This document shows positions 11,263 through 23,568 of a stretch of DNA of 64,000 bases, one piece after another. The first letter of the stretch is position 1, and every line of letters begins with the position of its first letter. The notes under the pieces were generated by a model. The model did not search any database, was not told the origin of the DNA, and worked only from the letters and a program-made list of their open reading frames with translations. A program made the translations under genes and the position numbers. Source of the stretch: Leucoraja ocellata (lineage: Eukaryota). Location of the stretch: the NCBI GenBank assembly GCA_036785375.1, contig JAWMAR010000427.1:1302001-1366000 (forward strand), read 5' to 3'.

Positions 11263-12329
11263 TTTAATGTTAAATTAGCTGTGGTTGGCTAAATGGACCT
11301 GTTCCTGTACTGTACTGGTCTGCTTTCTATTTGTCAATGGTACATTGATTATTATTTGTTAACCTGAATAAGGTTCTCTTTCATTCACCCATAAACTCAC
11401 ACTTCCACCTTTCACTCTTTGCTATGCCACAACTTAAAATCAAGATCGGTTTCTGAGGCTATTCTTCTCTAAGTATTTTCTCTGCTTGGAGCCCACTACG
11501 TCCCTTTGGCCTTTTTCTTTTGATCTCTCATTGTTTGGGACCAAATTTTGATGCTACCTATCCAAGGCTGTCAATATTGCCGTTCTAAAACATGTTGACC
11601 ATAGTCATAGGTAGACAAAAATGCTGGACAAACTCAGCGGACGAGGCAGCATCTATGGAGCGAAGGAAATAGGCAACGTTTCGGGCCGAAACACATGTAA
11701 TGGACAATGGGAGTTGCCCTTTCTATCAGTTTCTCAGATTTAAAATAGCATTTCCTTAAACAGTTAATTGATTTTACAATTGGTGGTCCACAATAGTAAT
11801 AAGTTTGGATACAAATGTTGATGTTACCACTCATTGGGGGAATGAGAGGAAAGTGATATCACATAACATCCTTCTCCAGAGGGTAGAATATTTTCTGGTG
11901 ATGAAAAGTGCATCTACATTGCAAGAATGGTGATTGAATTCCAGTCTGGGTTTTGAGCTGGACTGTGGAGTGGAATGAATGTTGGCAAGCAGCATGACTC
12001 CTTTGAAATCTGACAACTATAATTCCCTTTTATGGTGTATTAAAACTAAAATTAAACTGGAAAATATCAGCAGAGAAAACGTTCACCCTTCAGTATTCCC
12101 TGACTCTGGTCTCACTTGGATTTGGTGCATTTCTACTCACTCTCCTCACACACTTTCCCATATCCGTGTCATCTCTGACCCTCAGCATTTCACCGACCTG
12201 TACAATCTCACAGCTAAACGTGTTTGCACATGAGCAAAGTATGTTTATATCCAAAACTATGGTGATTCATCTGCCAGGCAACACACTGAAACTATTTAAC
12301 CATTGAGACTTCACGCTGTCTGGCTGTAT

Positions 12330-13265
12330 GCCTGTGGAAATGTTACATTGCTACATAGTAGGCAATCACACAACAAGCTGCAAACCCCTATGCAATCTAT
12401 GTTTGGATCCAAGCTCTGATGAGATGTGAGATCCTGAAGAAACTCAGATTGGGCATCAGTGAGCAGGTTATTGATTAGTAAGTCTGCCTTGACAGCATTA
12501 TCAATAAGAGCTTCCATCACTTAGATGATAACCGAGTGAAGACCGATTGGGCTGTAATTAGTTAGGCTGGCTCTGTCCTGCCTCTTGTGAACAGCACCGC
12601 AGCTCCGATTCTGCACCTTGTTGGGCAGATGCCAGTGTTCTAACTGTGCTGGAACATCTTGGCTGGAGCTACAACTGGAGTGCAGGGTTTCAGTACAACA
12701 ACTGGGATGTTGTATGGTCCCGTAACCTTTGTTATGTCGAGTGCCCTCTCAGCCATTTCTTGATATCGCAGAGTGAATCGACACGGCTTCTGCGATGGTG
12801 GGGATCGTAGGGGGGGAGCCCTCTTTGCACTTTTGACTGAACACGTTTGCACAAATCCTTCAGCCTTGGCTCCAGCACTCACATGCTAGGCACCACTATT
12901 ACTGTTCTCAGACCCTCTCATTCCTGTGCACAATTTAATTGTCCACAAATATTTGTGATTAGATGTGTTAGGAATACAGAGTTTCCATCTGATCATTATG
13001 GTGGTGAGATTGCTTCACTGTCTATTGCATGCTGTTTTGGCTGTTTAGCACATGTGTATTCCTGTACTGTTGTTTCACTGGGCTGGCACCTCAATATTTT
13101 TAGGGGTGTCAGGTGCAGTTCCCAACATGTCCTTCTGCACTCCTCATTGAACAAGGGTTCCTGGCTTCATAGTCATGTCTGAGTGGAGATTGCACTGGTT
13201 TATGAGGATTAGATTGCGGTGGTGAACATTTTTGCCGCTGCAGATGGTCCACGGCAGCATGTGGA
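12330..13265 (-). mobile_element. Old CR1/L2-group LINE ORF2 fragment
   Basis: ALDITKVTGPYNIPVVVLK...AKMFQHS and NYSPIGL...MMEALIDNAVKADLLINNLLTDAQSEF (RT N-terminal motifs). Confidence 0.8.
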
Positions 13266-13576
13266 TAACACCAGGAGTGGTCACCCGAAATACGTTGTGT
13301 CCTGAGGGACTACAAAAGATAATCCATCTCCTGGCACATAGGTAGAGAAGTCAAGTAAGGGAAGAGGTGAGTCGGTGATGGATCATGTTAATGCAAGAAC
13401 AGGATGGAAAACGGCAGCAAAGTAATGAAGCTTTCAAGCTTACCATCGATGCAGTAAGCAGCACCAATACAGTCATCAACATTCTAACACTGTATTCAGC
13501 GCCAATACTGTCATCAATGAAAGGAGGTCAATCAAAGACAATGACCCTGTGGCAGGGTTCATGGTGCAAATGGAGA

Positions 13577-13946
13577 TCATAAGGTCATAAGTGATAGGAG
13601 TAGAATTTGGCCATTTGGCCCATCAAGTGTACTTCGCCATTCAATCATGGCTGATCTATCTCTCCCTCCTAACCCCATTCTCATGCCTTCTTCCCATAGC
13701 CTCTAATACCTGTACTAATGAAGAATCTATCTATCTCTGCCTTAAATATACCCACTGACTTGGCCTCCACAGCCCTCTGTGGCAAAAAAAATCCACAGAT
13801 TCACCACCCACTGACTAAAGAAATACCTCCTCAACTCCTTCCTAAAAGAACATCCTTTAAGTCTGAGGCTATGACCTCTAGTCCTAGACTCTTCCACTAG
13901 TGGAAACATTCTCTCAACATCCACTCTATCCAAGCCTTTCACTATT
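13577..13946 (-). mobile_element. CR1 LINE 3' end
   Basis: MKGLDRVDVERMFPLVEESRTRGHSLRLKG...FFSQWVVNLW; (cttatga)n-type tail. Confidence 0.9.
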
Positions 13947-14159
13947 CACTCTATGAGAGCTGATGCCCAGTCTCAGTGAGATAGGGGTCTGTCCTCCAAT
14001 CTACAGTAATACAGTACAGTAGTACCTGCCTTAACTACTGTATCACCACCATTAAAAAAAACTACTCCTCAGGTTCCTATTATATCATTACTCCCTCACC
14101 TTAGACCTATGTCCTCTGGTTCTCCATTCCTCTACTCTTAATAGTAATGCTAAGGACTT

Positions 14160-14930
14160 GAATTTCTCAACCTTTTCTACTTTGGCACCAATGAGGCTGA
14201 TTTGGGTCATGTACCTCACCATGCTTCCTGAAGTCAATAATCAGCCCCTTCGTCTTGCTGACATTGTGGGAGAGATTGTTGTCCTGACACCATGTTGCTC
14301 AGTTCTTTATCTCCTTCCTATACTGTCTCATCATTGTTCGTGATTAAGACCACACAGTGGTGTCACCTGCAAACTTGTAGTGGTGTAGGCTAAGTGAGAG
14401 GGTGATGTACCCCTATACACTCACAACTATACGGCCAAATTTGACTCTAACTCCGAGTCAAATTTGGCCGTATAGTTGTGAGTGTATAGGGTATAATGGG
14501 GGGGTGACAATACATCCTTGCGGGGCACCCATGTTGAGAATTATTGTGGAGTAGGTGTTGTCACCTATCCTCACAGATAGTGGTCTGTGGGTCAGAAAGT
14601 CAGGGATCCAGTGGCAGAGGGAAGTGCTGATTCCAATGTCCATGAGTTTGGAGATGAGTTTGGATGGGATTATGGAGTTGAAGGTGAATCTATAGCCGAT
14701 AGATAGGAGTCTAATGTCAGAATCCTTGCTGTCTAGGTGTTCCAGAGATGGGTTTAGGGCTGGGGAAGATGGCGGCTGCTGTGGAGCTGTTGCGATGATA
14801 AGCAAACTATAGTGGATCACGGCTGGCTGGGAGGCTGGAGTTAATATGTGCCATCACCATTCTCTTGAAGCACTTTATTATGTTGGATATCAGAGCCAAT
14901 GGGCAGTAGTCATTGATGCACGCTACCTTA
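14160..14930 (-). mobile_element. Decayed Rex1/Babar LINE RT fragment
   Basis: FNSIIPSKLISKL...WIPDFLTHRPLSVRIG...MGAPQGC; YKFAGDT (mutated FADD). Confidence 0.85.
14411..14491. repeat. Perfect 37-bp inverted repeat with 7-nt loop
   Basis: 14411-14447 ccctatacactcacaactatacggccaaatttgactc is the exact reverse complement of 14455-14491. Confidence 0.95.
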
Positions 14931-15414
14931 CTAGATGAAGAAATGGGGTAAGGGGAAAGTGAAGTGGAAGAATTCTGGAGTTGATTGTTTGAGTTCCCGC
15001 TAACACTCTTCTGATCTATTCATTTCAAACTGCCTATATACTGTTTTAATGTCAGCAACTTTTTTTCTCCTTCTATTTGCATCTCCTCCATGCTCTCCCA
15101 TCGCCCTCTCACTTAGCCTACACCACTACCAATTGTGTTATTCATCCTCTTCTGGTCTCCACCTTATCACAGACATCTCCTTGGTCTTCTCCAATCTGTC
15201 CTAATATTTCTCAGTTCAGATGAAAGATCAAGTTAATACATTAATTCTGTTTCTCCCACCACAGATGCTGCCTGACCTGCTGAGTATTCACAGCACTTTC
15301 TGTTTTCGTTTCCGATTGCCAGCATCTGCAGCTGTTAGCATTCCTATTAATGTTTCTCTGTGACCCTTGTCATCTGATTTTCCAGGGCGAGTAGTTGGAA
15401 CATTTACCCTGTCC

Positions 15415-15720
15415 TTACAGAGTTGTATAAAATCATGAAATCAGGAGAATCCAGAACTATAAGGCATATGTTTAAGGTGAGGGGAAAGATTTCATAAGAA
15501 TCTGAGAGCAACATTTACACACAAAGGGTGCTGGGTATATGGAATAAGCTGCCCGAGGAAGTAGTTAAGGCAGATACAATAACTATTTATAGATATTTGA
15601 ATGGGTACATGTATAGGAAAGATTTGGAAGTATATGGGCCAAATGAGGGGAAATGGCACAAGATTTGATGGGACATTAGGCGGCATGGACAGGTTGAATC
15701 AAAGGGTATGTTTAAATTTG
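15415..15720 (+). mobile_element. CR1 LINE 3' end, decayed
   Basis: gtttaaggtgagggg..aagattt, ggaataagctgcccgaggaagtagt, tatgggccaaatg. Confidence 0.75.
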
Positions 15721-15772
15721 AATAACTCTATAACTCTGTGAAGGTCCGTGTTAAACTGTGTTTACTGTTTAC

Positions 15773-15774
<2 letters not shown>

Positions 15775-15861
<87 letters not shown>
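15775..15861. repeat. (CAAT)n microsatellite, probably a retroposon tail
   Basis: About 21 perfect CAAT units followed by a tttatt-containing 3' UTR-like segment. Confidence 0.95.
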
Positions 15862-16094
15862 CCACCCTTTATTATCATCTTGCAAAGCAACAGTTGTACA
15901 GTGCAAAATGAGAAGACGTTTCCCAGGGAATACCGGAGCATTGCACATAAAATAAAAACAATAAAAACAATCCAGTCCCTGATAAAACAGTACGAATAGT
16001 TTAAAAGTGCAGGTAAAAACTGCAACATTAAAATACAGTAAAAACTATTTTGAACTGATTAGCGTTAATTATCTAATTTTTCATATGAAAACAG

Positions 16095-16380
16095 TGGGTG
16101 CTGTTGTCGTGGAATTTGCATGTTCTCCCTGTGACCATGTGGGTTTCCTCCTTAGTGCTTCGGTTTCTTCCAACATCCCAAAGATGTGCAGGTTGGTAGG
16201 TTAAGTGGCTGCTGTAAAAGGTTTCTAGTGAGTAGGTGGATGATAAAATATAGGAGAATTGGCAAGGATGTGACAAGAATGAAAATAAGAATTAATGTTC
16301 AATTGGTGGAAGTGAGTGCTTGCTGGTTGGCATGGACTCTATGGGCCAAAGGGGTTGCTTTGTGCTGCATCACTCTATGA
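16095..16380 (+). mobile_element. HE1/V-SINE, decayed
   Basis: V-domain gtggaatttgcatgttctccctgtgaccatgtgggtttcc...catcccaaagatgtgcagg and CR1-derived tail. Confidence 0.7.
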
Positions 16381-16741
16381 TTTTTAAGAATTTAATAACT
16401 TTTAAAATTAATATGTTGAGTTGACATGTTCTTTAAAAAATATTGTTCCGGGTAACTGTGCCATAACCTATTTGCTTTGAGCGCATGAACATACAATCAG
16501 GCTGACTGATTGAGGCTGGTTCCCCAACTGATAGAGATCAGTGAAACTGTTAAATTTATTGGACTGTTTAACAGTTTAATGGTTCTAAATGGCATGGGTC
16601 TTGCCACTGAGAAATATTTGAAACTCTTTGGAATGTTTCGCTGCATTAAGGACATCATGTAATGAGGCTGTTCATTTAGTCATTAACTTAATTATTGCAC
16701 GGGGAGCTCGTGGGTTCAAGTCGCACCCTGGTGATTTGATT

Positions 16742-17626
16742 TGTGTGCAGACGTGTTGCCGACGGACGAGAGGCCGAAGCAAAGAAGTCGAAGCCAAAGA
16801 ACCGAATGGAAACGAGGCCGAAATGCCAATAAACCGAAAGAGTCCGAAGACGAAACGCCTACTAACCGAAAGGATGGGACGCCTAAAAGCAAACTAACCG
16901 AAAAGCTGCGTCGCCTAAAAGCAAACTTACCGAATGGCCACTCTGTCGAAACGCCACATACCCAAAAGGCGGCGTCACCTACAAGCCAAAGGACCGACTG
17001 CCCCTCAACAGAAACGTCCAATAACGGACATGACGTTGCCGGGGGGCGGGACTGTCAGGATTGGTCCAGACCCCCGCGTCCATCACATCACTGTGAAGGC
17101 ATGAACATTGTCCCAAACCTCCGCTCCACCCGACCCGCAGCCCAAGGAGGGTGGCCGTGGGAGAGTGGGGGCTATTCACCTTCGGCCACTTTCAACTTGG
17201 TGCTTGGGTTCAGATTGCCCAGTCACCTATGGCTTGTGTGGGAAAATGAACCACACGCTCCTGTCTCCCCCTTCTCTCTCTCCTCTTCTCTCTCTCCCCA
17301 CTTTTTTCTCCTCCTCTCTCTCTCCTCTTCTCTCGCTCCTCCTCTCTCTCCACTCTTCTCTCTCTCCTCCTCACTCTTCCCCTCCTCTCACCCCCCTCTC
17401 TCTCTTCTCTCTCCCTCCCTTCTCTCTCTCCCCTTCTCTCTCTCCCCCTTCTCTCTCTCCCCATTCTCTCTCTCCTCCTTCTCTCTCTTCCCCTCGGTTA
17501 GTAGGCGTTTCGTCTTTGGAGTTTCGTCTTTCAGTTTATTGGCCTTTCAACCTCATTTCCATTCGGTTCTTTGGCTTCGACTTCTTTGCTTCGGCTTCTT
17601 GTCTGTCGGCGGCACGTCCGAGTACC
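16742..17626. mobile_element. Non-autonomous Mutator-like (Rehavkus-type) DNA transposon
   Basis: 9-bp TSD GATTTGATT (16733-16741, 17627-17635); ~130-bp inverted terminal arms with periodic CCGAA motifs; internal CT-rich tract. Confidence 0.8.
17262..17492. repeat. CT-rich low-complexity tract
   Basis: Almost purely C/T on the plus strand. Confidence 0.95.
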
Positions 17627-19026
17627 GATTTGATTACATTATATGGACTAGAACTTCACTGTTGTCTAGAGGATTATGCTTCAAGTCATTGACTTTTGAT
17701 TGAGAAGTTGAACTGTCTGGAACCTTAGATGGACAAGGGATGGTTCCTAGCAAGAACAGATGATTTTCCATAAGTGATCCAATCAATATCCATCGACTAA
17801 CCTAACTAAAACAAATATTTACTCATTATCTTGTTCCTGTTTGTTAGTTTCATTTGGGAGACATGTATTTGCCACGATTCTCGCAATGGCCATTTTTGAT
17901 GTGGACTATTAACTATGTTGCCTGTCTGAAGAAGTCGCTGTCTGTATTCTATCTCAGTTGTACACACGATATTGCAGAGAACTGCAACAAACCCATGTCC
18001 AGGTGACCTAGGATGTGCCTCTGATGACACCCAACTGTGTAAGGTACTGAAGGCAAGGAATAGAATGCTGATAAATAGCACCACCCCCTCAGATGGGAAG
18101 GGAAGTTCAGAAAGCTACTTCTACTACTTACTCTGTTTCTTCCTTCACTGAAACTTTCAAGACGATTTATTTCATTTCTGAGATTGGGGATGTGCACGTC
18201 CTGTGGAAATGCTTTGAAACAGACATCTGGCTAATAGTTATTTTCTGTTTAAATTTCAGAATTAATGGGCGTTAAAGTGAGGAATAAAATTAATGGAACA
18301 TTACTAAGTGGCTTTAAATGAAGTACAATGGGAACATGGGTTTCCCATTTGGATTTAAAAAAAAAAAAAATTTCAGGTTCTCGGCATCAATGGCAAAGCT
18401 CTAATTGCTCTTGAGAAGGTGGGGATGAGCCGCCCTTGAATTACTGCAGTCCTTCTGGTAAAGATGCTCTCAAGGTAATATTTAATTTAGTTTGAAATGC
18501 ACATGGAAACACTGAGTCCACGTCGACTATCAATCACCCGTTCATATTAAGTCTCTGTTATCCCACTCCAGCATCCATTCCCTGCGCACTAGTGGCAGTT
18601 TACAGCGCTCAATTCACCTACCGAGGTAACCCATGCAGTCACAGGGAGATCAAACAAACTCCACACAGACAGTACCTGGGCTCAGGATCGAACCCAGGTT
18701 TCTGGTTCTGTGAGCCAGCAGCTCTGCGAGCTACATCACTGTACCGTCCTATTTTGCCTATGTTGGGAAGATAAATCCAGGATTTAGACCAAGTGATAAT
18801 GAGAAAAACTGGCAAAGTCAGGACACCCGGAAGAGAAGCTGCAGTTAGAGGTGCAGATGTGAAATTACATAAGAGTTTATTTATGTGTATAAACATCTGA
18901 CATTGGGGACACAAAATGCTGCAGATTCTGGAATCTGACATTATGTATTTCATTGAAAAAGATGCATGGCCACACGGAAAGAACCAGTGAGTCAGTGAAA
19001 TAAATGCAGAGGGAGATGGAGAGAGC

Positions 19027-19033
<7 letters not shown>

Positions 19034-19077
<44 letters not shown>
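19034..19077. repeat. (GA)n microsatellite
   Basis: About 21 GA units. Confidence 0.95.
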
Positions 19078-19079
<2 letters not shown>

Positions 19080-19469
19080 CTGTGATGTTGGGAGATAAAG
19101 ATGGAAAGTAGTTTGGAGAGACAAAAAAGAAATGTCAGAATCCAAACTATAGTCAGAGGAAAACCATCAAATAAGGCCCAGATGTGTATTTGAACGTGCC
19201 CAGATGTGTCAACTGTGAACGTGCGGCTAGGATGACTGCCCCCTTTTATGACTTTCTGAAAGACTGATTTGCTAATCCCCCAATCCCCAATCATATCCCA
19301 TTTTTACTTTGGATATTATTCTTTGTAGGTAATGAGGGAATGAACTGACAAATACATGAAGGGACGGAAAATAAGTCTCATGGTGTATAACTTTGTCTTT
19401 GCATGAATTATTCATATATATTCACCTAATGACTCTTTTGTTCTGTTCCTATGAAAAGTTTACTTTGCT

Positions 19470-19700
19470 TTTCAAATGAAACATTAAATCTAGGTCCGTC
19501 AGCCCTCTCAGGCGGATGACAGTGAATGCCAAGCACTTCTTCAAGTTCTAACTCGGGTTTCTGTTGATATGCGTCTCACGCCAAACATAATTCAAAGTAA
19601 AGTCTTACTTACTGCCATGTACAGTTTGTTGGCTGGCTTCTGACATTCCAACATACTTTTTATGATGTGGAATAAACTGGAAAATCACATAACTGCAATA
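19470..19700 (+). mobile_element. DeuSINE-like remnant
   Basis: tgaaacattaaatctaggtccgtcagccctctcaggcggatg resembles the DeuSINE body as recalled. Confidence 0.45.
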
Positions 19701-22129
19701 AATCTGTTTGGGCCAAATGGCTCTGAGAACTCCTGAATCGGTAGTAGCAAATCAGAATCCCAACACAGTCTGGGATCTCATGGCCTGACCTACCATTAGA
19801 ATCAAACTGGGGACTAAAAGCAAACTGCTACTCCAGTAATAGTTGGTCAGGCCATCTACTTGACTGTGGGGAGTTCCAGGACTATGACAATACTACATTA
19901 GATAACAAAGTTCTTCCCAGTCCTCTGAAGGATTAATGGGATGATTGCGATATTTTGCATCTTTTGTTTATCTGCACTTCTCTTAGCTGTAACACTGGCA
20001 AGAATAAACCTATACCAATGCAAAGAGGGTGAAACCAACCCAAGTGTCAGCTCCCAGTGGTCAGGATTCCGTGATCTCAGTCTGAAGAAGGGTGCTGACC
20101 CAAAATGTCACCTACCTATTTTCTCCAGAGATGCAACCTGTCCCGTTGAGCTACTCCAGTATTTTATGTCTAGCTTCCTTATTTTTGGTTTCAATAGGTG
20201 TCTTTTTATTCCGAGGAACACTGCCTATGAGCACCAGGGCTGACTCAGAAGGAATGCACAATGCTCATTCAAATAAAACTCTGATAATATTTTCTCTAAC
20301 CAAAATGTTGCCTTACTTCAATACCCTAGAACCTACACACTCTTCTGACTCACCAAGGCCCCTGTTCCCTTGCTCCCTTTCTCTTACTTATGAGATCCCT
20401 GAGAAACACAATTTTCTAAGTCGTTTCCATATCATTTTGTAAATGAGGAATCGACAAAATTAAATGAAAAACAAACAAAAAATAAACTTTTTGGTCAAAC
20501 TGCTCCATGCAGATGTTTATATATAAGACCGACTTCTTTTTATTCTGCATACTTCCTGCCATTCTGTTCTGTATCCCCTTCATTCCCATTTCTCAGCCTA
20601 TCCTTAAATCAACAAATCAGCGTTGTATCAAAGTGTATCAAAGAAAACCATGGATATTGGAATAGAAGACAAAAGAGACTGTTGGAATCTGGAACAACAA
20701 ACAGAAATGTCTTCTAAATTATTGATTTCATTTGTTACCAGCTGCTTGCCATTATTCCTCTGTTTTCAAATAAGGGGAGAGATGTTTTGTTCTCATCCCT
20801 TTGTTCTAACTATTAACTCTAAAGCCCTCTGTCACATCCATGGAGCCTTTGTCTAGTCTGATTGTTGCACCAGTCACTTCTGATAACATATTGGTGAACT
20901 TTCATTGCATTTTCTTGAGCATTTCCACATCTGTTTGGTGGCGCATTGAAAACTTAACAGTGCTAATCTGATATGCTCCTACCGAAGTGAATAGCAATAT
21001 TTTGCTTGAATACTTTATAATATTATCAAGCTGTGGAACTTTATTTTAAACCGTTGTACTGTGGGCTGAGGGCATATTTCAAAATGACCTTAATGAATAG
21101 GACTTCTGTAATAAAACATTACTGCATCCTGATTTGGATCTGCATTCAATTAATGGTGGCTTGGTTAAAGGATTTAAACAGATGAGAACTTTTCCATGCA
21201 AACATTTTTGGCGACAAGCATAAAGGATCAAATTTGGTTGTGAATTATGAATTATTTTACAGAGGTTTTTATTGGACACAGTATACAGACACACTCTTGT
21301 ATTTCTGACATATTTCTAACAAAAGGTAAGAGGCTTGGAGTGTCAAATTTGAAAAGTTTTCAATGGGATACGTAATATGATAAAGACTGGTTAAACCTTT
21401 GATATCCCCACTCAAAGGTTGCAGAATCCATCTAACTGTTCAAATTAAACCCCATCCAGGGAGTTTAAAACATTATACTTACTGTTACAATTAAGAAAAT
21501 GTAAAATGTGGTTCACTGATAAGCTGTTACCTGTACTGTGGGACCTGAATCTATCATCTGATAATTTCATATGTTTCAAATTGTATTTTCAGGATCATCT
21601 TGTAATCAATTGGGGAATAAAAAGGCAGAGATGACGATTACATCAGTATAAAAATAAAAAATCAGCAGAATAAGAACACAAATTGCTAAAATAAGAACAC
21701 ACCCAGCTGGTCAGGCAGCGTCTCCTGAGAGAGAAACAGCCAATATTTCAGGTCGAAAACCTTTGATCAGAGAAAAGAAAAAAATAACGAACTAGTTGTC
21801 AGTAGCAGAGAACAAACACTTGGTTTACAGTTATGCATAATATTGGAGACCTTAGTATTAGGAGAACAATTACAAAACAAGCTATAAGATCAATTGTAAA
21901 CGTAGGCTGTCCAGTGAAGTCATTCATTAGAATTGTCAGCGACTGGAGTGAATAATTTGGAACTATTAAATGTATCTCATTGTGAAGAGTATTTTAGCTG
22001 AGAGTATCTGGGTGTATACATTTAATTTTGTATTGTAGATAGTGATATGTTTGTATGTTTTTTTATAAGGGGAATCAGTGTGTTAATCATCAGCTATAGC
22101 CTAGCATTTAACACCATCATCCCTTTCAA

Positions 22130-22490
22130 ATCCATCATCAAACTTGGGCAACTTTGTTCCTTCCTATGATGAACGTTTCCATCGCCAAGGATGGAGATGC
22201 TCTTCAAATCTCCTTCTCCAATAGCTGGTTAATTGACTGCCTCCATTCACGATTCCCAGATCTTTACCCTGATCCTTTGATTATATAATCACTTTGCTCT
22301 GTTTTTGCTCTTGCGCACGCCTTGTAAACCTGAGTTACAACCTCACCAAGTTGATACCTCATCCTTTTTGCCCAGGCCTGTTGCTGCTTCTGCTGCCCTT
22401 CTATCCTCCACTTTAATCCAGGATCGACTGTCTGATCTGATAGTAATGGAGACAGAGGGAGACCCAGGGCCATGTTGTTACAGATGAACA
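22130..22490 (-). mobile_element. Old CR1/L2-group LINE fragment (same family as 12330-13265)
   Basis: Colinear similarity with 12900-13210. Confidence 0.55.
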
Positions 22491-22569
22491 TGTTGCCAAT
22501 AGCCCATATTGCCTCATGGAGGCTCAATTACAACTATAGAGCTATACACCATGGATACAGGTCCTTTGG

Positions 22570-22785
22570 TATGTGTAGCGCAGTGGTACTGTTGCTGCCT
22601 GACAGCACCGGGTTCTATCCTGATTGCAGGTGCTGTCTGCACGGAGTTTGTACGTTTTCCCCGTGACCTGCGTGGGTTTTCTCCAAGATCTTTGGCTTCC
22701 TCCCCCACTCCAAAGACGTAAAGTTTTGTAAGTTAATTGTCTTGGTATAAATGTAAATTGTCCCGAGTGTGTGTGGGATAGTGTA
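22570..22785 (+). mobile_element. HE1/V-SINE
   Basis: tRNA-like A/B boxes (tagcgcagtgg; gggttctatcc) and V-domain ggagtttgtacgttttccccgtgacctgcgtgggttttctcc. Confidence 0.85.
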
Positions 22786-22786
22786 A

Positions 22787-22943
22787 AAGCCCCTGTCCCA
22801 CTTAGGAAACCTGAACGGAAACCTCTGGAGACTTTGCGCCCCACCCAAGGTTTCCATGCGGTTTCCGGAGGTTGCAGGTGGTTGCCGGAGGTTGCAGGTA
22901 GTGGAAGCAGGTAGGGAGACTGACAAAAACCTCTGGGAACCTC
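22787..22943. mobile_element. PIF/Harbinger-type MITE, one end only
   Basis: TAA followed by TIR-like aagcccctgtcccactt; ggaggttgc subrepeats. Confidence 0.65.
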
Positions 22944-23437
22944 CATTGTCTATTCCAGCGCCTGGTCCATATCGCTCTAAACTATTCTTACCCATTTTCA
23001 TGTGTAAATTTATTTTAATTGTGGCAATTGTACGCCTCTCCCACTCCGTCCATCATCATATACCTATGACCCTCTGTGTGAAAAACTTTCCCCTTAGATG
23101 GCTTTAAATCTTTCCACATTCATCTAAAGTCTATGCCATCTAGTTTTAGACTCCCCTACCTTAGAATGTAAACTATCCAAGCACCTCATGATTTTACCTA
23201 CAGTAAATTTCCGTTAATCAGACTCAACCCTTTATGCCTTGAAAGTGCAATCGATTATCGAACATCATGATTTTGGAGGTAATTGAATTAATTGACTTTT
23301 GAAAGAAGACATGCAAAGTATATTAATGCACAATTCTTTTTGAATTTTATTAAGTTAACTATTTGAAATGTAGGGCATTTCGCTGCGTTCTTCTGCTCCT
23401 CTTGTGATTTTGGGTCAGGACATTAATACACATGTTG

Positions 23438-23568
23438 ATAGACACAAAATGCTGGAGTAACTCAGCATCTCTGGAGAAAAGGAATGGGTGACCCTTCTGT
23501 CCCACTGAGTTACTCCAGCCTTTTGTGTCTATCTTCGGTTTAAACCAGCATCTGCAGTTCCTTCCTAC
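23438..23568. mobile_element. Short palindromic Penelope-derived insertion
   Basis: 18-bp TSD acattaatacacatgttg (23420-23437, 23569-23586); arms atagacacaaaatgctggagtaactcag / ctgagttactccagccttttgtgtctat. Confidence 0.85.

Larger units (their letters stand above)
16700..17880 (+). mobile_element. Old tRNA-headed DeuSINE-like remnant, split by the Mutator-like insertion
   Basis: B-box-like gggttcaagtc at ~16712; Deu-domain-like aaatatttactcattatcttgttcctgtttgt at ~17812-17845. Confidence 0.45.

Noticed and set aside
16760-17020. Periodic CCGAA motifs with variable spacers resembling a CRISPR array
   Set aside because: Repeat is only ~5 bp, mirrored in the opposite arm, eukaryotic context, no cas genes; these are transposon subterminal repeats.
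16741-17703. 320-aa ORF, the longest in the track
   Set aside because: Coincides with a TIR element and CT tract; the peptide is a by-product of stop-poor repeats with no recognisable domain.
21263-21325. Plus-strand 63-nt exon-like segment (VFIGHSIQTHSCISDIFLTK)
   Set aside because: No recognisable homology and no compatible neighbouring exons found.
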